In this document: positions 59,168 to 64,000 of the stretch, in pieces
Position numbering within the stretch: position 1 is the first letter of the stretch
Layout: each line of letters opens with the position of its first letter
Virus record (IMG/VR): IMGVR_UViG_3300032030_000062
Span: 1-64,000 of that record
DNA length: 64,000 nucleotides
From: a virus
Taxonomy: Duplodnaviria > Caudoviricetes
Direction: 5' to 3' (one strand)
Translations under genes and position numbers: made by a program
Notes under the pieces: model-generated
Told to the model about the DNA's origin: nothing
Databases searched by the model: none
The model's input: only the letters and a program-made list of their open reading frames with translations

Positions 59168-60176
59168 CGAAATTTTAAAAAATACCAACAAGAAATTTAA
59201 AGAGGAAATTCTTACTCAAGGTTTAAACGAGTTTTCTTACAAACGTATTCCATTTACATCGCCCAGAATGAATTATTGTACATTCGGTGGTATCCCAATC
59301 GGAAAGATTACAGAATTTTATGGAGAAGAGCATGGCGGTAAAACAACGACCGCTTTGGATATTGTAGCTAATTATCAGAAATCAGATGATACAAGAGATG
59401 TATTATACATAGATGCAGAAAATACACTTGACGTAGAGTGGGCGAAGAAAATAGGTGTAGATGTAGCAAAATTATATATATTACAACCTAAGTCTCAGTC
59501 GGCAGAAGAGATATTTCAAATTATTTGTGATAGTGTAGATACAGGCGAAGTTGGATTATGGGTTCTTGATAGTATAGGTGCTTTAATGTCAGCACAGGAA
59601 CTTGAAAAGACTATGGAAGATAAAACGTATGGTGGTATTTCAATGCCTTTAACAAAATTTGGTAAAAGAATTGAAATGCTTATGCAGAGACATAAATGCA
59701 CCGGTATAGGAATAAATCAGATCAGAGAAGATTTAAACAGCACATGGGGAGGTATTTCTACTCCCGGTGGAAAAGCATGGAAACATTTTTGTGCTGTAAG
59801 AATGCAATTTAGTAGAGGTAAGTTTATAGACGAAAAAGGAAATGAACTTACAAGATCAGCAGAGAGTCCTGTTGGTAATATTGTAATGATGAGTATGACA
59901 AAGAATAAAACATGCCCGCCGACAAGAAGAACAGGATTTTATACAATCAATTATGAAAAGGGAATTGATTATTTACGTGACTTAATAGAGGTTGCTATCA
60001 GATATGATATTGTGAGAAAATCTGGCGCATGGTTTGATATAGTAGATATAGAAACAGGCGAGATCATAGAAGGAAAAATTCACGGTCAAGCGGCAGTGAA
60101 TGAATTGTTAGCAAATCATCCTGGTTATCTTCAAAGAGTAGAAGAATTGGTAGATCAAGTCATGCAAAAAAATTAA
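59151..60176 (+). CDS. recA: RecA/UvsX-like recombinase
   Basis: GEEHGGKTT, YIDAEN, LDSIGAL, INQIRE, PGGKA. Confidence 0.95.
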   Translation: MGSKLDEILKNTNKKFKEEILTQGLNEFSYKRIPFTSPRMNYCTFGGIPIGKITEFYGEEHGGKTTTALDIVANYQKSDDTRDVLYIDAENTLDVEWAKKIGVDVAKLYILQPKSQSAEEIFQIICDSVDTGEVGLWVLDSIGALMSAQELEKTMEDKTYGGISMPLTKFGKRIEMLMQRHKCTGIGINQIREDLNSTWGGISTPGGKAWKHFCAVRMQFSRGKFIDEKGNELTRSAESPVGNIVMMSMTKNKTCPPTRRTGFYTINYEKGIDYLRDLIEVAIRYDIVRKSGAWFDIVDIETGEIIEGKIHGQAAVNELLANHPGYLQRVEELVDQVMQKN

Positions 60177-60185
60177 AATTTGTTG

Positions 60186-60214
60186 TTGACTTCTATCTGA
60201 TTATGTAGTATAAT
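60186..60214 (+). promoter_or_regulatory. sigma-A-type promoter
   Basis: TTGACT-17-TATAAT. Confidence 0.85.
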
Positions 60215-60220
60215 AATCTT

Positions 60221-60347
60221 GTTGCAAGAGATAGCATAAAGCGTGAGCGATATAGCGATTCTCAAAAGAGTGGATTGCTTAAAGCGTTTTTGCCCCACTG
60301 CTCCTACGGGATGAAAAAACGTTACGGATGAGATATTCTCTTGCAAC
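60221..60347 (+). ncRNA. candidate 127-nt structured RNA/leader
   Basis: Starts at the predicted TSS; closed by a perfect 10-bp stem GTTGCAAGAG/CTCTTGCAAC. Confidence 0.45.
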
Positions 60348-60377
60348 ACCTATAAAAACTATAGAAAGGATGAAATC

Positions 60378-60608
60378 ATGAAATCTTATTGGCCTATGGC
60401 AATAGCAATGGATAAAGAGAAGCCGTTTATGTTATTTACTTATGATAGTTGCCAGTCGATTGAGGATGCCAAGAAAGTTATGAAGTGTTGGCAAAATGAT
60501 TATAAGTATGTCCTGTTATCTACTTGGATTCATACAGATGATTCAAGTGAGGTTATAGAACATAGATGTCATATTGATTCACTCGGAAATGTGAGGAAGA
60601 TAATATGA
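60378..60608 (+). CDS. hypothetical protein
   Basis: AAGGA RBS. Confidence 0.6.
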   Translation: MKSYWPMAIAMDKEKPFMLFTYDSCQSIEDAKKVMKCWQNDYKYVLLSTWIHTDDSSEVIEHRCHIDSLGNVRKII

Positions 60609-61162
60609 TAGCAGATATATTAAAAGACTGGACCGGAGAAATAGAAATAGCTGATAAACGCTATACAAGCGTAGGCGCATGTAGAAGCGTTTTAAACAGC
60701 GTTTCTGATGATACGCATATAATTCTTCATTCGATCAATAAAACAGTGAATACAAGCGTTTTAAACATTTCAGAAAGCGATGTAAAAGAGTATCGTGTAA
60801 CTGTTAAGAAGTATATGACAGAACATGCAAGCCCGAGTTTCGATTTTATGTCAAAGTTCAATAACGATAATCCAATGCCGTTGAGAACAATGATCGGCAC
60901 GATTGAAAAAGAAACTAAGGGCATGATATATATGAAGCTACACGGACATGCAGAACCTGTTGTAAAGTGCATACGATGTGGACGTACTCTTACAAATCCA
61001 ATATCAATGAAATACGGTATTGGTCCTGAGTGCATTACTAAGATTCCATTTTTAGCATCATTGGATATAAATGATGTAGAAGGAATAAAAAAGAAACTCG
61101 TTGATGTAATTTGGGAAGGGTGGATAATAAAATCTGCAATCACAGAAAAGGAGGAACTATGA
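60605..61162 (+). CDS. DUF6011-like zinc-finger protein
   Basis: CIRCGRTLTNPISMKYGIGPEC. Confidence 0.75.
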   Translation: MIADILKDWTGEIEIADKRYTSVGACRSVLNSVSDDTHIILHSINKTVNTSVLNISESDVKEYRVTVKKYMTEHASPSFDFMSKFNNDNPMPLRTMIGTIEKETKGMIYMKLHGHAEPVVKCIRCGRTLTNPISMKYGIGPECITKIPFLASLDINDVEGIKKKLVDVIWEGWIIKSAITEKEEL

Positions 61163-61341
61163 AAACACAAAACGAAATCTGGATTTATCTTGAAGAGCTT
61201 AGACGAAGTGGAGTTACAAATATGTACGGTGCCGCTCCGTATCTCATGAATGAATTCGGATTGAGCAAAGTAGAAGCACGAAAAGAACTCGCAAACTGGA
61301 TGAAAAATTACGACAGCGATGATTATGAGGAGGAAATGTGA
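61159..61341 (+). CDS. small hypothetical protein
   Basis: AAGGAGG RBS; LEELRRSGVTNMYGAAPYL. Confidence 0.7.
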   Translation: MKTQNEIWIYLEELRRSGVTNMYGAAPYLMNEFGLSKVEARKELANWMKNYDSDDYEEEM

Positions 61342-61592
61342 TGATTAAATGTGATCTTGGTGTTGTAGCTGTCAAGGGTCCTAAAGCTGTGATTGTAGTA
61401 GAACTTACGACTTTATTACATACCTTGTACGAAAAGAATCTGTTGACCAAAGAAGATATTAAGTGGAGTTTTGATACGTCCATGAGAGATACTAAAGAAG
61501 TTGAGGAAGAAGTTAAACAGGATATTGATGAGCATAAGAAAAAGTCGGATGATGATCTTACTATGGATCTGTTGCGTATTCTTTTGAGTTAA
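61338..61592 (+). CDS. hypothetical protein
   Basis: GAGGAGG RBS. Confidence 0.65.
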   Translation: MMIKCDLGVVAVKGPKAVIVVELTTLLHTLYEKNLLTKEDIKWSFDTSMRDTKEVEEEVKQDIDEHKKKSDDDLTMDLLRILLS

Positions 61593-61599
61593 TTGTATA

Positions 61600-61633
61600 G
61601 TGCGGCAAAGTAAAAAAATGTACTTTGCCGCAC
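61600..61633. terminator. 13-bp hairpin before the tRNA cluster
   Basis: GTGCGGCAAAGTA/TACTTTGCCGCAC. Confidence 0.6.
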
Positions 61634-61640
61634 AGATTGA

Positions 61641-61728
61641 GCGGGTATGACGGAATGGGCAGACGTAGCGGACTTAAAATCCGTTGAGAATTAGCTAACT
61701 CGTGTGGGTTCAAGTCCCACTACCCGTA
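61641..61728 (+). tRNA. tRNA-Leu(UAA)
   Basis: Acceptor GCGGGTA/TACCCGT, anticodon arm GCGGA-CT TAA AA-TCCGT, long variable arm, GGTTCAAGTCC. Confidence 0.92.
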
Positions 61729-61866
61729 CTTGCGTTTTGTTGCGGTAGCAACGCACAATTTCCACATGTCCTTGGATGGAAAAATGAATCGCAACAGTGA
61801 GGAATTAAACAGCATAAAAACTCTGATTGCTTCGGTTATGCTGTTTTATCCACAATTCCTCACTCA

Positions 61867-61940
61867 CGGGAATTAGCTCAGTAGGTTAGAGCGGTGGCCT
61901 TATAAGCCATGTGTCCCGGGTTCGAGTCCTGGATTCCCGA
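61867..61940 (+). tRNA. tRNA-Ile(UAU)
   Basis: Acceptor CGGGAAT/ATTCCCG, D arm AGCTCAGTAGGTTAGAGC, anticodon arm GTGGC-CT TAT AA-GCCAT, GTTCGAGTC. Confidence 0.92.
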
Positions 61941-61989
61941 TTCTACGGTAGTTGCAAATACCGTAGACGTACTTTCAAAATCCATTTAT

Positions 61990-62074
61990 GTTTGCGTGTC
62001 CGAGTGGTTTATGGTGCTTCCCTGCTAAGGAAGTGTACGGAAACGTACCGGAGGTTCGAATCCTCCCGCAAACG
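61990..62074 (+). tRNA. tRNA-Ser(GCU)
   Basis: Acceptor GTTTGCG/CGCAAAC, CTTCC-CT GCT AA-GGAAG, variable arm GTACG-GAAA-CGTAC. Confidence 0.92.
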
Positions 62075-62084
62075 TTTTTTATGT

Positions 62085-62266
62085 TATGTGGTGGCGGAAT
62101 AGGTAGACGTTTATAGGGAATTGATGAGTGGTTCAAGTCCACGCAAACGGGGACAATAAAAACGGTGAAAAGCAACGGTAGTTTCATCGTAACCCGTCGT
62201 GCAATCGGAGCGCACAATTTGGAGATCGTGACTCACCATGTAAGGTGCAAATCCTTACCCACATAA
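62085..62266 (+). ncRNA. tRNA-like RNA 1 with a ~120-nt insert in place of the anticodon arm
   Basis: Acceptor TATGTGG/CCACATA, class-II D arm GCGGAATAGGTAGACGT, T arm GTAAGG-TGCAAAT-CCTTAC. Confidence 0.65.
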
Positions 62267-62480
62267 TTGCAAGTGAAATAGTGCGCTATGTGTGAGTACG
62301 TATAAACCACATGAATTAAAGTGGGAACAATAAGCGCCTCCCCGGTAACTTGCATTTTTTGCACAAGTACGAAACTTTCGGATCGGTAATCAGGAGTAAT
62401 TAACCTGTCTTGTGCAAATCGACTGGTTTGTTAATGAGCATTAAAGTGCGGTCGAAGGCCAAGACTGCCGCCAGTTAAGC

Positions 62481-62605
62481 GAAAGCATGATGGAAATTGG
62501 TAGACATGGACGAGGATGTAATTAGTTAATCACTATTCCTGGGAGAGGTTTGAGACGGCTTACAAGTTGATAACTTGATTGAAGGTTCGAGTCCTTCTGC
62601 TTTCG
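62481..62605 (+). ncRNA. tRNA-like RNA 2 with an expanded anticodon region
   Basis: Acceptor GAAAGCA/TGCTTTC, D arm ATGGAAATTGGTAGACAT, variable-arm-like CAAGTT-GAT-AACTTG, T arm GAAGG-TTCGAGT-CCTTC. Confidence 0.68.
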
Positions 62606-62609
62606 TTAT

Positions 62610-62682
62610 TGCCCTATCGCCAAATGGTTAAGGCACTGGTCTTTGACGCCAGTATTTGATGGTTCGAGTCCATCTGGGGCAG
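62610..62682 (+). tRNA. tRNA-Gln(UUG)
   Basis: Acceptor TGCCCTA/TGGGGCA, CTGGT-CT TTG AC-GCCAG, GATGG-TTCGAGT-CCATC. Confidence 0.92.
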
Positions 62683-62721
62683 TTTGTTGCAATAAACAAG
62701 CTAAAGAAAAGGAGAAAAACT

Positions 62722-62862
62722 ATGAAAAACTATAACATCATCGTATCTAAGAAGGCTCAGGAAAGAATCAGAAGAAATAGAAAGAGAACATTTAATACTT
62801 GGAAGAATGTAAATTTTGCAAAATTCTATATTGAAGATCATGAGAGAGTACAGGATAAATAA
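62722..62862 (+). CDS. small basic hypothetical protein
   Basis: AAGGAG RBS. Confidence 0.5.
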   Translation: MKNYNIIVSKKAQERIRRNRKRTFNTWKNVNFAKFYIEDHERVQDK

Positions 62863-63226
62863 TTATGAAATATTTACAGGAGAGGATTTAATAATTGCTG
62901 ATTTAATTCAGAGAAGAAGATACCAATTATTAGTCCACTCCTGTATTTATTATAATAGGCATACAAGTATTGTTGCAGATCAAATTTGGGATAGTTGGGC
63001 AAAGGAATTAGTTGAATTACAAAGAACTTATCCAGATATTTCAAGACAAGTTATATTATATGAATATTTTGAAGATTTTGATGGGTCAACAGGATTTGAT
63101 TTACCTATTGAAGAAGATTGGGTAAATGAAATAGCTGATAGATTATTAGGAAAAACTAATACTATCATAGTATCTGCACCTGTTAAAAAAGAAAAACCTA
63201 AGAATAAGAAAAGGAGATTATTTTAA
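62840..63226 (+). CDS. stand-alone NAD-dependent ligase domain Ia-like protein
   Basis: QLLVHSCIYY...IVADQIWD...ELVELQ resembles the LigA Ia YY-x-ISDxEYD motif; no catalytic domains. Confidence 0.6.
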   Translation: MREYRINNYEIFTGEDLIIADLIQRRRYQLLVHSCIYYNRHTSIVADQIWDSWAKELVELQRTYPDISRQVILYEYFEDFDGSTGFDLPIEEDWVNEIADRLLGKTNTIIVSAPVKKEKPKNKKRRLF

Positions 63227-63393
63227 TGAAAACAGTGCCTTGTAAAGATTGCAAGGATAGGCATGTTAGTTGCCATTCAAGTTGTGTAAAATATATTGAA
63301 TGGAAACAGATGCTTAATGAGCTGAAAACAGAACTTGCCAAACAGCGTATGTATACCGGAATTTCAAATAGAGGTAAATGTATTAGTCGTTGA
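63226..63393 (+). CDS. small Cys-rich protein (not in ORF track)
   Basis: AGGAG RBS; PCKDCKDRHVSCHSSC. Confidence 0.55.
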   Translation: MKTVPCKDCKDRHVSCHSSCVKYIEWKQMLNELKTELAKQRMYTGISNRGKCISR

Positions 63394-63418
63394 CTTTTAT
63401 TATAACATGTAGTATAAT
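63390..63418 (+). promoter_or_regulatory. sigma-A-type promoter
   Basis: TTGACT-17-TATAAT with TGTAG. Confidence 0.8.
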
Positions 63419-63454
63419 AATATTGTAACAATAGAAAGCATAAAGGAGCGTAAA

Positions 63455-63793
63455 ATGTTACCTACAAGATACTATTCAAAGCAACAGGAGAAAAAAGTTG
63501 CAAAAGCGGTAAAAGGTAATAGAACTGCTAATAGCGGAGCAACAGCTTTTCAGAAAGGAGATGTTGTTACACAAGATTGGCTCATTGAGTGCAAGACAAA
63601 AACAAAGGATTGCAATTCTTTTACAATCAAAGAAGATTGGTTGTTAAAGAATGAAGAAGAAGCGTTTGCAATGGGAAAGAATAATTCAGCATTGTGTTTT
63701 GATTTTGGACCCAGTGCAAATAAAAGATACTATGTAATCTCAGAAAGACTATTCAACCTATTAAAAGATTATATGCAGGAGGAAGATTCATGA
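63455..63793 (+). CDS. PD-(D/E)xK nuclease (Hjc-like resolvase)
   Basis: QEKKVAK, NSGA...KGDV...LIECKT. Confidence 0.75.
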   Translation: MLPTRYYSKQQEKKVAKAVKGNRTANSGATAFQKGDVVTQDWLIECKTKTKDCNSFTIKEDWLLKNEEEAFAMGKNNSALCFDFGPSANKRYYVISERLFNLLKDYMQEEDS

Positions 63794-64000
63794 AATCAAC
63801 ACCGACACTTGTAGGAGATCAGATTAAGATTGATGCTTATAAGTTTTTGAATTGCCAGGTTAAAGCCCAGAAACTTATGAGAAAACATTTCAATTCTTTA
63901 CCTGTTAGATCAGCGGCAGAAATGGATAAAAATCCAACACAGTTGTTTGGTCTGAAGGAAATGTGTGATTTAATTGAATTACCGTACAAACGAGAAGATT
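63790..64000 (+). CDS. hypothetical protein, truncated by the window end
   Basis: ATGA overlap; open to the end of the window. Confidence 0.5.
   Translation, partial: MKSTPTLVGDQIKIDAYKFLNCQVKAQKLMRKHFNSLPVRSAAEMDKNPTQLFGLKEMCDLIELPYKRED

Noticed and set aside
61911-62217. ORFs 61911-62102 (+) and 61975-62217 (-)
   Set aside because: They overlap well-formed tRNA genes and are spurious.
62085-62266. tmRNA or group I intron-containing tRNA call
   Set aside because: Too short, has a full D stem, lacks G3-U70 and a tag frame, and no P7 core was recognisable; kept instead as an unclassified tRNA-like RNA.
1-64000. Integrase/lysogeny module, introns, inteins, alternative genetic code
   Set aside because: None recognised; terL, polA, dnaB and recA are uninterrupted and of normal size, and genes translate cleanly with the standard code. 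The rest of the genome is not visible.

Overview
64 kb of an AT-rich tailed dsDNA phage (siphovirus-type), probably infecting a Clostridia/Firmicutes host (inferred from gene content, GGAGG-type RBSs and sigma-A-like promoters). All credible genes are on the + strand. Layout: a GC-rich, repeat-dense left end (1-2.3 kb); terS, holin, endolysin, terL; an SPP1/A118-like head-tail module with a 2125-aa tape measure; tail-tip and receptor-binding genes; an operon of low-complexity proteins of unknown function (30.7-34.4 kb); a largely self-contained replication/recombination module (SNF2 helicase, initiator, DnaC/DnaB/DnaG-like, SSB, PolA, sliding clamp, Cas4-like nuclease, RecU, RecA); and a tRNA/structured-RNA cluster (61.6-62.7 kb). 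No integrase, CI-like repressor, reverse transcriptase or CRISPR array was recognised. The best candidates for new biology are: (1) a putative DNA hyper-glycosylation cluster directly after polA (T4 Agt-like GT-B enzyme, two GT-A paralogs, a partner gene and a cytidylyltransferase-HAD fusion) with no recognisable hydroxymethylase in the window; (2) two tRNA-shaped RNAs whose anticodon arm is replaced by a large insert; (3) a TAAYTTAAAG motif bracketing the receptor-binding module and tiny gene cassettes; (4) a kissing-loop leader upstream of the replication initiator; (5) a palindromic-site array at the left end. All family calls come from motif recognition by eye and none were checked by database search.
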